Position numbers and translations under genes: made by a program. Of a DNA stretch of 64,000 bases, positions 1 to 14,200 are shown piece after piece; the first letter of the stretch is position 1; every line of letters begins with the position of its first letter. This stretch comes from Oculina patagonica (taxonomy: Eukaryota), in the NCBI RefSeq assembly GCF_052425735.1, contig NC_135770.1:4278001-4342000 (forward strand), in the 5' to 3' direction. Under the pieces are notes generated by a model, which saw nothing but the letters and a program-made list of their open reading frames with translations, did no database searches and was not told where the DNA came from.

Positions 1-3000
1 CACAGCACGGCAACTGTTACGAGTCCTTGAACTTCAGATGGGAAATTGCAAAAGCAACTGATGAATCTAGCGAATTTGGACCCTTTGATGTCCGTGGTGA
101 TCCATTTAACAGCACAACAGGAAAACTGGAACTACAAGGGAGAGAACTGGAAGAAGGTTATCTGTACGTTAGATGTATAGCTTTTATCAAAACTTTATTA
201 GGCGACTTGGAAGTAAAAACGTATGACTATGGCTATGTTCGTGTACTATATCCACCATTGGTTGTACAGATTATTGGTAGCATTGCTGCATTAAAGGGGA
301 ACGGCAGTGTCACATTAGACGCATCAAGGTCTTATGATCCACATACGCCATTTAACAACCGTAGTGGATTAGCCTTCAGTTGGTACTGCCAAAGAATCAC
401 TGTCAACGTCACCAAGCAGGGTCCCAGTGGTTGCTATGGTCACCGTTCAAGGAAGCTAAGTAGTACAGAACCGACGATTGTAGTGGATGTTGATAGGATG
501 GAAGCAAATCACACTTACCTCTTTGAACTGGTTGTCACAAAGGATCGTAGGGTATCAAGAGCATTTCATGATCTCACTGTGAGTCCACCGTTTGTAATTA
601 CATTAAGGTAAGAAGGACAAGTTATATCTGGCAGTAGGAAAAGATCCTTTCCCTTTTATAGCATAGGCTCCAGGCAAAGTCAGATCTGGTCAATAAAAAA
701 AGCACCTTTAAGAAGAAGACGTGTCGTCCATCTAGAAAGCAGTTTTTAGTGTACATGCTATGCTATATTGATTGAGTGGCGAAGGTTTGCCAAAAGGGTG
801 CAAGTGAACGATAAAACTTAAGCGCTTGTTGCTGTTGAGATTGTTGTGCGCTACCCATCACCAAAATGACAAGATAGTACTTCATGTTGAGGCAAAAACT
901 TTGTACAAATAAAATGGACAGCAACCACAGCCAAGGCAATCGCATCCCTTGCTGTTAAATGGTTATCTAGCTGTCACTGCACAAAGTTCTACTCGATCTA
1001 AACAGGAACACACAAGGTCATGAAGCAGTTTTAATAATTTTCTTGTGGAAAACAGATTTCTCTTGCAAAAAACCGATTTCCGTTGCTAACACGTGCACTC
1101 TAGCCATAACCTTACTTAATCTGGTTTCAAATTCTTCCTACGGCCATGCCTACTAGTGCCCTTGTCCACTGGTCATATATTACTCACGCTGTTTGTTTTC
1201 ACTTTCTTTCTTTTCGTTGAAAAATAGAGAGGCTGTGAAAAGTCCGAATATATTTCCTCATTGCATTGTAACGACTGCTTAAAGTCTCTTAATTTACTTT
1301 AATAACAGGTGTGTCATCAACTGCGGTCGCAAGATCAACACGAACAGACGAATGATCATAGAAACTACATGTAAAGGACATTATTGTCTCGAAGATATTA
1401 GTTACAGTTGGAAGTTACACCAGTCGGCTTCGCTTTCAACAAACAGTCCATCTTGGTTGGAAGTTCAAAATCTTCAAAGTTACATACTAACAAACTTGGA
1501 GAGTACAAATATCGTCTTCTCTGGTTCAAGGAAACCACTGGAGCACAAAACTAAGTATAAGGTTATAGCATCTGTCCTTCTTCGTGACGAGATTGTAGAA
1601 AGAGGTGAAATGGTCTTTGTCACTAATTCACCACCGCATAATCCTTTCGGTGAGAAAGGATGTGTTGTCCATCCTAAGAAAGGCCGCGTCCTTCAGACGA
1701 AGTTTAAGGTCGCCTGTTTCGGTTGGAAGGATGAGGATATTCCTCTTAGCTATCAACTGAGGTGGGTAACGAACGTTCAAATTCAAGTCACTGCAAAATG
1801 CACGTTAAATGTTCGAACTTTTCCAATAGTTTTTATCAGAAGATATAATAAGAAAGCAATTTAAAGATGAATTCCAGTCCGTACTGCGCAATCTCGGCTG
1901 CAATGTTTATCTGAGCCCACCACGAAGGAATGTTTACAAGCAAAACTAAAAATTCCGCGACAAACTTACGGTTTTCTTCATTATTAACGCCAGATATCCT
2001 TGCAGAACAAATAATAACGAGTAGAAGAACCTTGACGCTATTTCAAACCGACGTTTCAGCTCATCGGAAACTCTTGAACGAAACGAACTGTAATGGCGGA
2101 CTAAAAAACTTCATGTATGCTGTCACCGAAGTGTAACGTTTCAACGAATTCAAAACAAAAACGAAAACAAACCACGAGTCTGCGCAGTACGGACTGGAAA
2201 TCAGCTTTAATCAAACATTTTAAACTAGGGATGATGTTACTATTGACACATTAAAAGTTAAAATACTTTCAAATGCCACATAAGAACAGCCCTTAGTTTT
2301 AATGATCTCCTGGTTTCCAGAGCAATACAACAGATTTTTAAAGCTTTAGGTTTTCTATGAAGTGTAGTTTAGATAAATCAACTGGCTTGGACGTAATCAA
2401 AATTGTCATACTTTGTTGTTTCGCAGTTATCGTTCTCCCGAAGGACTTGTTATTATTGCCAGTGGAAACTCCTCAAGTTTTATCACTATGCTTCCTCTTG
2501 GAAATCAGTCTGAAAATTACGAAGTGAAGCCAGAAGTGCAGATCTTTGATTCTTTGGGTGATGCAAGTACAGTCGAGATTACTGTTCAGGTTAGAGTATT
2601 GCGGTACCTGATTGTGCTAAATTTTTCTTTAAACATGCCTTTCCCAAGTTGTATAATTTAAGGTTTTCTTTAAACATTTCAACTGGATTGTGATTTAATG
2701 ATAGAAACGCGAAATGTATGAAATGATCTATAGTCGATCTATGCAGTGTGGAAGCAGCTAACGCAAAAGGAAATATATAGTGCTGAGATTATTCCGTTAA
2801 TTTCATGTCATGTATAGCTGCATGCATAGATCGAACAAGCTGTATGAGCCTTATAGTAGTATAAAATAGACGACTCACTTGACCATAAATATATTTCAGA
2901 TGTACGTTGTTGAACAATAAAATGCTGATTTGGTCCAGAAAGTTACCTGCATGAGGCTTGCTTTCGATTATTTTATGATCATGTGTTCCTTAATCTTGTC

Positions 3001-6000
3001 GGCCCTTCTTCAATCACAGTGGATCACAGTGAATACTGTGGTCTGAACGGCATTGTAAATGGTACAGGCTGAACAGCAAACTATTTCTTTAAAGCACATA
3101 CCAGTCTAAATGCTATTACTATATATAATAAAGCCTTAATATTGCTGCATGCATATTTTGGTATTTAGGTTAATCCTCTCAGTAAGAAGGAGGTAGCCAC
3201 AGCAGTTAACAAGGCCATCTATGGACCGAATAGCACATCAGCTACACTCCTTAGATCTGGGAACCTGCAAGGTGCTACCTTGACGTCCTACTTCACTCTT
3301 ACAGCCACTGAGGGCACAGGGTTGTCAGCTGTGGAAACGAACTCGGTAAAAAGATTAATGCATTTACAATTTTTGACTTATTGCCAAAGCCCTATGTGGG
3401 CATAGGGCCGGACATTTTCCTCCGCCATGCTGCACGGTCGCGGGCAGCCACCGCTGCCTCGTTCCACGAGCCAAAACCCAAAGCCGCTCTTTCTCTTTCG
3501 GCAGTTATTCGCCAAGTCTCCCTCGGTCTGCCACGACTTCGCCTTCCCTCTGGGGTCCATGTTAATGCCGTCTTGGGATGTTTGCTTGGATCCATTCTGA
3601 GGATGTGGCCGATGAACTTCCAGCGCCGCCGGAAGATTTGCTTACTAATGGTGTTGATGTTAGCTCGATTTCGAATCTCCTCGTTTGATATTTTCATAGG
3701 CCAAAAGATCTTCATAATCCTTCTCAGACTTTTATGCAGAAATACGTCCAGCTTGGTCGCATCTAGTTTAGTCATACGCCAAGTTTCACATCCGTATAAC
3801 AGGACAGATAAAACACTGGACTTAAATATCTTCAGCTTAGTTTTTAGTTTTAGCTGGCTGCTCTTCCATATGTTTCTAAGCTTGCTGAATGCTGCTCTGG
3901 CTTTTCCAAGTCTGCTTTTGATGTCTTCGTCTGAACCCCCTTCCTGGGTCACTGTTCCTCCTAGATAAACAAATTTTGACACCTCGTCTAGCTCTTTTCC
4001 ATGGATCTGGACATTTCTGCCTGCGGGGTTGTTCCAGCTCATCATCATGGTCTTTGCTTTACAATGTTTATGAAGACCTAAATAATTTTGCCTCTTTTCT
4101 CTGCAATATTAAATTAAACGCGTTTATAAGCAAAAAAGTGCGCATTTAGCCGTTAGCCAAGAAAGACGATTTTTATCTTCAGTAGTTAACAAAGTGTCAA
4201 AGAAGTGTGGTATGTCAGACGGTACAAGGTCGTGCACTGATTTGATAACATTGGAATATTTAATAAATCAGGCTAATGACCTAGACTAGGCTAACCATCT
4301 AAGCATAAATAAGGACACCTTTTTCTGCCAGCCATAAAACGAAAGAAGGTCTCAATGGGCTTGCAATAATGTAAAAGGTCCTATAAATTGTATACTTAAC
4401 CGTAGGACGCACTCTTATACTACAATGCAACCGTTATGTACCCCAGAACAAAACGTTTTCTTTTATTAACAAGTTAATCACTCTTGCTGTCGTTTAAGGC
4501 CAAAGACGAAGTCTTGAGACATCTGGCTGGTGCTCGACCACAAATGCTTCAAGAAGTCACACAACTTTCAGCAGTTGTTAACAGAGCAACCCGACGAAGG
4601 AACAACATGACAGTTAATGCCGTGGTAAGGTTTTAGTAGTGAGGAATTTGATTTAAAAAAATACACAAAAGTCTCAGGAAGTAAAAAAAAGCGCAATAAA
4701 GACAACCGTTACCTAACTGAGCTGCTCCTAGTTCACTTTTTCTCTTAATTTCCCCTTGAAAAAAAAAAAACGAGTAGCTGTGGCTTAATACCAGTACTGA
4801 GCGCTGAAGTAGATTGTTGTCTAGTCATAACCAATATTACCAATACTTAGCACATTCTAACTTTGCCTTCAGAGCAATGCTTCTACTTTACTGGAATCCA
4901 TGACAAATCACTTGGATAAAGAGGCAAATAACAGCGAAGATATAGATGTAATCCAGCAAGTTGGAGATGGTCTGCTTAATGGAATGTCCCACGTTCTTGA
5001 AGTCTTGACCAAGAATGAAGCGGCTGGCACCAAACACATTGACGGACTAGAAAACAACAAAAAGCGTCTCGAAAACGTTAGAACGAAATTAAATAAGGTA
5101 CGGACACATATAAATTGATTAGCCCTAGCAGGCTCCCGATCTGATCGGCGAGCAAAGATCGCCTGGGGGAGGAATAGGCTAAAAATTGATATTTTTAGAC
5201 ATCAATAAGTAAAACGCCGGAAAGACGAGTACTAAGGGAAATTAAAAACGCGTTGAACTCAGCATCGAGCAATTTGGATTCGAGCCCGGTACCGGGGTCA
5301 TTATGTTGTGTTCTTGGAAGAGAAACTTTAGGGAAACCTGGTATAATAATGGGATGGTGGAGCTAGGGGACCTGCGATGAACGAGCATCCTTACAAAGTG
5401 GGACGGCTGTATTAGAAATACAGAACTCATAACCACCTCATGCTGTAAAATCATGCCGGCAGTTGTGAGCAATTAATAATGGTAATAGCACTGAGTGGAG
5501 TCCAATTTGGTCTGTAATCATACGAGTGATTGACGAAAGCGGACGACCGCGAAGCAGGAGTCCGATGTCCAGTTACCAATTAATCAAAACTATGACAAAC
5601 TTCGAGAAACAAACAAACTTTACCAGTGAAATGGTTAAAAGTTTTGTGAATACTGAAAAACATAACAGTTTACTCAACAAAATGCACAACAACAGCGCGC
5701 GCAAAATGACGCGTACTTTCCAAGCACACAGGCATGACACGTAATATCATATGACCCGTACGGACCCGCGCGCAATTTCCTTGGAAAACCATATGAAAAA
5801 AAGTCCCGTATGAGGGCCGTACGCCTCGCTCTAGCAGGGCCGGAAAAACACGTACGGCCCTACTAGAAAAGCTTACGGCCCCGCTACTGCCGCGAGATGC
5901 CGGAATTGGAACCAGTCGATTCCACAGCTTTGAATTCAGATAAACGATAGTTAAGATTTTTTAAAAAGCAAAGAATGTCCAACATGTTAAATGTATTAAA

Positions 6001-8176
6001 ACTTTACTATCTAGAAAGCGCTGTAGTTTGAAGGCATGTTTAAATTAAACTTGGCAAATGAGGAAGAAATACTCCTTACAACAACAATAAAATCGAAATA
6101 AAAGCCGTCAAAAACAACATAATCGGACAAAGACCTGAAAAACGTATCCTGGTTTGAAGTCATGATAAACGTTGAATAAAAATGTAAATGCGAAGTAACT
6201 CAAATTTCTCTTTCTGCTGCGTAATCACAACAAACAAAATGCGAGTACATGTTTACGACTAACCTGCATGCCGAGTGATTATGACACAGTTTCCCGCTTG
6301 TTTTCACGAAGCATTTTAAGCACAATTTGGACATCAACGGTAATGCAGAGCTCAACATCGTCGAGGAACTAGCGAATTCAAGGACTAAGCAGCAACAGCA
6401 GACGTTCATGAATCCTACGATCCGTGGTAAACAAAACAACTTGAAGCCGAAGGGAAACGAAGCGAAGCAAAATCCTGATCTGCCAGTACAATCCCTTTCC
6501 AAGTCTTTACGTAGTTTCATAGATTAAGATCTAATGCTGTTTTAACATCCAAAATCCTTCTTGGTGGAAAATTGATTAATCTTCTCGTTCAAACCAATTG
6601 TGAATTTCGGCTCAGACTGAAACGTCGCTAAGTTGTGGCAGGATAAATTCAGTCTTCGCTGAGAGACGAGCACGACTAGCCGAAACGTTGTGCAAATTCT
6701 TTGTTGTAGTCCTTCATCCCGTTTCCTTTGAAATTTTTACTAGCTGCAATCATGTACGAGGAATTTAGTCGGATTTAAATCTTCTTGGAATGGAGCTAAA
6801 ACTAGAAGATTTGGTTGACAACTTAACAGAAGTTCAAAAACTTTGTACGCACATCGCAGTTTAAATGCACTTTACAGGCTTCCCAAACAAATTACGAGCT
6901 ACCATTGGCTTTTCAAAATGCGCGCGAAACGGGCCGCCGCGTCTGTATGATCTGTATCCACGAAAGAAAAACAAACAAAAAAACAATCAGTGGTCATATG
7001 ATAAAATGCTTATTGACTGAGTTAGGTCGGGCCGGACGGGAAAATATTTGGCTCTCGGTCAGTTAAGATTTTTTAAAAAGCAAAGAATGTCCAACATGTT
7101 AAATGTATTAAAACTTTACTATCTAAAAAGCGCTGTAGTTTGAAGGCATGTTTAAATTAAACTTGGCAAATGAGGAAGAAATACTCCTTACAACAACAAT
7201 AAAATCGAAATAAAAGCCGTCAAAAACAACATAATCGGACAAAGACCTGAAAAACGTATCCTGGTTTGAAGTCATGATAAACGTTGAATAAAAATGTAAA
7301 TGCGAAGTAAACTCAAATTTCTCTTTCTGCTGCGTAATCACAACAAACAAAATGCGAGTACATGTTTACGACTAACTGACCTGCCGAGCGATTATGACAC
7401 AGTTTCCCGCTTGTTTTCACGAAGCATTTTAAGCACAATTTGGACATCAACTGTAATGTAGAGCTCAACATCGTCGAGGAACTAGCGAATTCAAGGACTA
7501 AGCAGCAACAGCAGACGTTCATGAATCCTACGATCCGTGGTAAACAAAACAACTTGAAGCCGAAGGGAAACGAAGCGAAGCAAAATCCTGATCTGCCAGT
7601 ACAATCCCTTTCCAAGTCTTTACGTAGTTTCATAGATTAAGATCTAATGCTGTTTTAACATCCAAAATCCTTCTTGGTGGAAAATTGATTAATCTTCTCG
7701 TTCAAACCAATTGTGAATTTCGGCTCAGAAGAAACGTCGCTAAGTTGTGGCAGGATAAATTCAGTCTTCGCTGAGAGACGAGCACGACTAGCCAAAACGT
7801 TGTGCAAATTCTTTGTTGTAGTCCTTCATCCCGTTTCCTTTGAAATTTTTACTAGCTGCAATCATGTACGAGGAATTTAGTCGGATTTAAATCTTCTTGG
7901 AATGGAGCTAAAACTAGAAGATTTGGTTGACAACTTAACAGAAGTTCAAAAACTTTGTACGCACATCGCAGTTCAAATGCACTTTACAGGCTTCCCAAAC
8001 AAATTACGAGCTACCATTGGCTTTTCAAAATGCGCGCGAAACGGGCCGCCGCGTCTGTATGATCTGTATCCACGAAAGAAAAACAAACAAAAAAACAATC
8101 AGTGGTCATATGATAAAATGCTTATTGACTGAGTTAGGTCGGGCCGGACGGGAAAATATTTGGCTCTCGGTCAGGA

Positions 8177-8207
<31 letters not shown>

Positions 8208-11200
8208 TCCTGACCTCGAGCCAAATATTTTCCCGTCCGGCCCGACCTAACTCAGTCAATAAGTACACCGTCCTATTACACTGTCCAAATACACGCATGA
8301 CGCGTACACTGTCCCGTCCTATTACACTGTCCAAATACAAGCATGACGCGTACACTGTCCTATTAGTGCTCAAATCAGGCTGCTGATAACCAATCACGTT
8401 CGAGAATTTGTTATAGTTTTGATTAGTCCCGTAACACTTTTCTTATCAATAGTATCGACAAAAACTTCTGCTGGACATCGCTACCTTTTAGTTATAAAAA
8501 TTACAAAACATTATTTAATGTACTCGAATTATTGAGCATCGAACTTCCAACTTTTCCCACTCATTTGCTGTGTTCTTCCCGTAAATGCCTCCTAACCAAG
8601 ATGGCGCCAATAAAAACGTGTCTGCTTGGTGATGCATTTGATCTGCGTCTCTTTGGCGGTTCATAACATACCGTGTCTTCTCATTAATGAATTGAACTGT
8701 ATTATTATTGTTATTATTTTGAAGGAGACACCGCGTATGATTGAAGAGTCAGTCGTATTGATGGACAAACTCGGCACTACTCTCCTATCGACCAAAGTCG
8801 TCGGTGAGTCGGAGCCCAGCGTTTTTAAAACAGCCGTGCTATCTATGGTTCTTGACCGACAAACTCCATTAATGTTAGTGAAGAAACGTCTTCAATTGGA
8901 TGCTGGTAGCGGTGGTGTGACGTTTCCCTCACTAGGGGTACTGCTCCAGAACTTTCAGTTCCCGGTACATTCGTTAGATGCACAGGTAAGCACCAGAACT
9001 GGTCTAAACGAATTAAATTAATAAAATGCCTTTGCAGTTTAATAGCACTGACCGTTGCAAATAGCTATCAAAGCTTTTAGAGAGAGAGACTCAACGAACG
9101 ATATATATATATATATAAATTTGTGTTGACGATAACCTCGTGTTTTACAAACTACGTACAAAATGTGACAACTCGCTCAACGAGTTGTAAAGACTGCCAA
9201 GTTGGCTGTCATGCAGATTCAATTAAGACCTCGTTCGCCTAACGTGAAGTTCAAAAGTAGCGTTATTCTAACCTCAATCCTAATACAGGATGTTGCCAAA
9301 CCGGAAGTCCATACAAGAAAGGTCATCCAGCTGGTTTGGATGGCTGATCAGACTCGTTCCCAATCGCTCTCAAGGTGGTTTTGACTAGAACGCATTGCAT
9401 CAAGGGAAAGCCCCTCCCAGACTGCCACACAACATCCATATCATTTCTCACCAGTCTTTCATCACCTTTAGGAACGAATAAGTAGCGACTAGGAACGAGT
9501 CTGATGGCTGGTTCCAACTGGCAAACCTGAAATTGGATAAACTGTTGTTGTGTAGCACTGTGGATTGCAGTTACTACAACAAAGTTTTGAAAAAATGCTT
9601 TTATTCATATTAAAAAAATACATTTCTTCAAGTAGAAAAAGCGCTCTGTCCAGCGAAGGCGCGGTTTCGGACTGATTTTCACATCAATTCACCGGTTAAT
9701 TTTCAATGTTTTTGTAAAAAGAAATCGACCAGGTTTTCCATAGTCTACATTAATTCCTATGAATTAGGCCATAGAAATGAAGCCATGAAATGCCCAATAT
9801 TTTGCCGTGAAGCCACTGGCCTGCGGCTCGTGGTTCCATTCTACTTGAGTTTTGAACATTTTATGACGTCATTATGTTTGGTCTGTAGCAACGGAAGCTA
9901 TTAATTTTCTAGAAAGGAATATAAAATTGTGATTGTTAATTTTTTTCTACAGATGATAACATTTAAATCAAACCCATTTGTTTGGGACGCGAGTTCTAGG
10001 GACGTCACATCTGATGTCATGGACGTCAGCATAAAAACAAACCGTGGTCCTCTTCACTTATCAAAGCTTGAGGAGCCCTTTGAACTGTATATTCCTTTGA
10101 AGCATCAAAAGAAGAAAGAAACGGGTGGCCAGTTTTTCGTGAAAATGAGCAAGAGTTTTGAAAATATCCGCTACCACAAGATAGTAATTCCATCTCATAA
10201 GGCAGTTGCTATCATTGAAATTGTACCTGAAGAAAACTATTCAGTCTTAAACATTTTTATCAGTGCTGGTGTCAGGCCAACCCCCGAGAATTATAGCCAC
10301 AGTACTCATGTGCCCAATTACTCAAGTTGTAGAAATAACATTACTTCTGGAAACGGGTACCAGCAATGTAGCACCATATCGCCATACAGACTGCTGGTAT
10401 CAAGTAGTATGACGGGTGCAACAGGAATTCATTACATTGGAATTTTGTTGAATAAAAACTCTTCTGATGGACTGATATCGAACAACACTAGTACTAAAGA
10501 GGATTTCCACAGACGCCATTCGCGGCGATCCATATGCAACACTAAGAGTGGTCGTAAAAAGCGTTCATGTATTGGGGTGAAAGATCCTCCAACCACCCCT
10601 CCCCCAACGCCAAAGATTATCAAGCCAGTTTATAACTCCAGCGCTGATGCTAACTACACGATGTCTGTATCAATCAGTAGCTGTTTATATTGGTCGAAAG
10701 AGAAACAACAATGGACCAACGACGGATGTAAGGTAAAAAGAGTCGACTTGTCGCAAGTCTAGGCCTTTCCAAGGGAAAGGACTTACCCATGAATTGCTAG
10801 TATACAATTGGAAATAAAATGGCTACCTTTTAATTTTGTTAATTTTGTTGAATTACGATAACATTAGCTTGCCTGTTGTTAGTGGCAAAATGGTTATCTG
10901 TTAGTGTCAAGTGTTGGCAAAGCACTTCAAAAATCCGCCATACTGGTTCCGCCATCTTGAATTTTAATTCATTGTCATGACGTCATGATCAAAAGTTGAT
11001 TAAGGGGATAGCAAATTATTTCCAAACAATACAAAGGAATGCTAACAAAATTAATTTGCAAAGTGACTAAAAAGAATAAGAACTAACATTAGATTGAAGA
11101 GCTATATGGTATCAGATAATTCAAAATTTGGCCACGAATGTTGGACTTCTTACAGCGCACTGGAAGAAAGCTTCCTTTCTTTCCATGGTAACATTTCGAA

Positions 11201-14200
11201 CCCTGAAGTAACAGTTGCCATATCAAAATCCTTTCGAGGAATGAATGAACAGTTTTAGCATTGCAGATTGAAACCTTCAAAATTAAGTTTAAAAAAGGGG
11301 AAGGGGAGTGGGGGAACTCCTATGGTGTTTCCGAGGGAGATTTAAAACAAGAACTCACGGTCATAATTCAATCTGGCATGCTAAAGTTTGTACATTAACA
11401 ACCATCATTTATTATATACGAAATTAATATTTCAATATAATTTTAAAGGGTAAAGTGTGTTCATAATTAGCTGCGTAAGCTAAATACTCCGACACTTCAA
11501 AGTTATCCATTCACTAAGTTAACCAGTTTTTTATCGTAGGTTGGTCCAAAAACTAATCCCAGCAAACTTCACTGCCTGTGCACTCATCTATCGGCATTTG
11601 GTGGGGATTTTTTTGTGGCCCCAAATCCCATCGACTTTGACAAAGTCTGGTTTGAGTTTGGCAGACTGGGAGAGACTGGGAACTTTGTAACAACCGTGGT
11701 ATTCTGTATATATGGGGCATATTTTGTGGGTTTACTTTTGGCTCGACGGGCTGACAAGAAGGACCAAGAAAAGGTGTGTTTTGGAAATAGTTTTATGAAA
11801 AATGTACTTCTCTGATTAACCAATCAAATTGGTTTATTTTTGACAGGTTCACGTGCTCACGTGTTTACGATTGGATGATTTACAATATTCAAATTGAATT
11901 TGAATGTTTGAAACGAATAATGCAATCCGTTCGCCGTTAATCAAAACTATTCCGGGATTATAGGCGGCACACGCTGAGTATTTTGACTGTAAATAATAAT
12001 TGTTGTATGTTATTGTGGTTGTGTGATTAAGTTTGATGCTGTTTTCCCCAAGTATCTTTTTACGATTTTTTTGCAATACATAAACAACATTATCATCATC
12101 ATCATCATCATCATCATCATTGTAACCATGATTCTGTGTGTAGGGGCTGTTTCAAGTGTGAACCGAGTTTGAGTACCTGTGGACACCGCAGCGTTACTGG
12201 GATCGCAGACTATTTATATATTCACGTTTTTCTTCTAGGTTGTGGCAAATGTAATCCTAAGCGATGGCGACCAGGGAGGCTACATTTACGAGATCCAAAT
12301 CCAAACAGGAATTTGGAAAGGCTTTGGAACAACTGCTAATGTGACAGTAAACATCGTCGGGGAAGAAAGCAGCAGCGGTCCGATAAAGTTAACAGACTTC
12401 TCGCTGTACAAAAAAGTCTTTTCTCGTGGAAGCGTGACTAACTTTGTGATATATCTTCCACGCAGTCTTGGAAGACTAGTTAAACTTTGCATTTGGCATG
12501 ACAACTTTGGTCAAAGTCCATCTTGGTTTCTTCAACAAGTCATGATCACCGAGGTTCACAATGGAAGTAAATGGCATTTCTTTGCAAACAAATGGATTGC
12601 TGTAGAACGAGGATCAGGGAACCTCTTCCTAGAACTAAGAGCTTTGGATGAAAACGAACGCGCTGGATTCAAACATTTGTTTTATTCCAAAACGTCAAGG
12701 AGCTTAGGCGATGAGCATCTTTGGGTGTCACTTTTTACTCGCCCGCCCCACAGTCCGTTCACTTGCTGTCAAAGGCTATCTTGTTGTGTATCGTTTCTGT
12801 TTACATCGATGGTAGCCAACGCCATGTTTTACCAGTTTTCAGACAAGCCAACGCATTCATTTAAGTTTGGACCACTGGTGCTAAGCTTGAGGCAGATTAT
12901 GATTGGGATACAAAGTAGTTTTATAGCAATCCCTGTCAATCTGCTTACCGTTACGATCTTTAGAAATGTGAAGCCCTTTTTTGAGACTTCTCATGATACT
13001 AAATCACCAGTTGCTGTCGAGAACACATCTGGTCAACTACCACGATGCTTTGTCCTCGTTGCATGGGTTGTGTGTATATTGGTGACGCTGGCCTCTTCAG
13101 CATTCACAGTCTTTTACAGTTTATCTTGGGGTGCGGAGATTTCCAATCAGTGGCTCACGTCCATTATTGTATCTCTTGTTCAAGATGTGGTATTCTTTCA
13201 GCCAGTAAAAGTAATTGTCCTAGCAGCGATCTTGTCGCTAATAATAAGAACAAGTCCAGGGAAGGAACATGTTCAAGGAGCCACAGTTTATATAGACAAC
13301 AAAGGTCAAGAACACAATGAATATACTGCTCCAAATGAGTACTTGCTAAGAAAGGCAAAGGAGTATGGAGCTAAATTCCTTCAGATGTACAGAACGATTA
13401 AACACGTGGTCGCGTTTCTTATATTTGTCATTCTCTTAATGGTGGTCTGTTACGGTAACAGAGACTCTAAGCGGTTCGCGATGACTTCTTCTGTGGAAAA
13501 TATATTTAGTGGGTTTAACAAGGTAAGCATGGTAGTAATTTCATTTTCAAATAGGAACGTTATGCAGTTTGTCTACTTTTAGTCTGCGTTGCTCATTTCT
13601 TCATGTGCTCGTAAAATTCCATACTTACATTTGATTAATAGGACTGTTTCCCCTTACGTAAAGTGCGACCCGAGATCATTTCTTCTCGAGTAAATTCGGG
13701 TAAATTTTTCCCAGGTAAAGGCATGTACTATTTTCACAGCCAATATTTAAAGTTACTCAGATTTTGAAATATTGGAGACACGGCTCCACCAATTATTCTG
13801 AGCAATAGCACCTTAAGTACACGCATTTTACGGTGACTTTACTATGCAAAGTGAATGTGTTTTGGACTTTTTCGTTGCCAGGTAGTAGACAAGGATTCCT
13901 TCTGGGTCTGGACAAGGCAAAAGCTTATCCCAGGACTTTACCATGTCTCGTGGTATAACAGTCAGCCCTTTCATTATCAAGAAGGATTTCTTAGCAATAG
14001 AGAAGTGTTCCTGATTGGTATGCCGCGACTAAGGCAAATTCGGATAAAACAAGGTGAGAGCAGCTCAGACCTCTATACTTATTTTCACTTCACCCTATAT
14101 TTTTCTCTTGAACCGATTTAGCTTAAAAGGAAAGTTCATTCCAAAATGGCACTTTATTTCTTCGCGTCAGCGAAAAGGTAATACAAAGATATGTTACTCA

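Noticed and set aside
3381-3968. 195-aa + strand ORF
   Set aside because: Antisense shadow of the RTE ORF
6200-7640. Duplicated 106-aa and 66-aa ORFs (CCCC / QQQQ)
   Set aside because: No recognisable domain; they recur only because of the 1.1-kb duplication in a non-coding element
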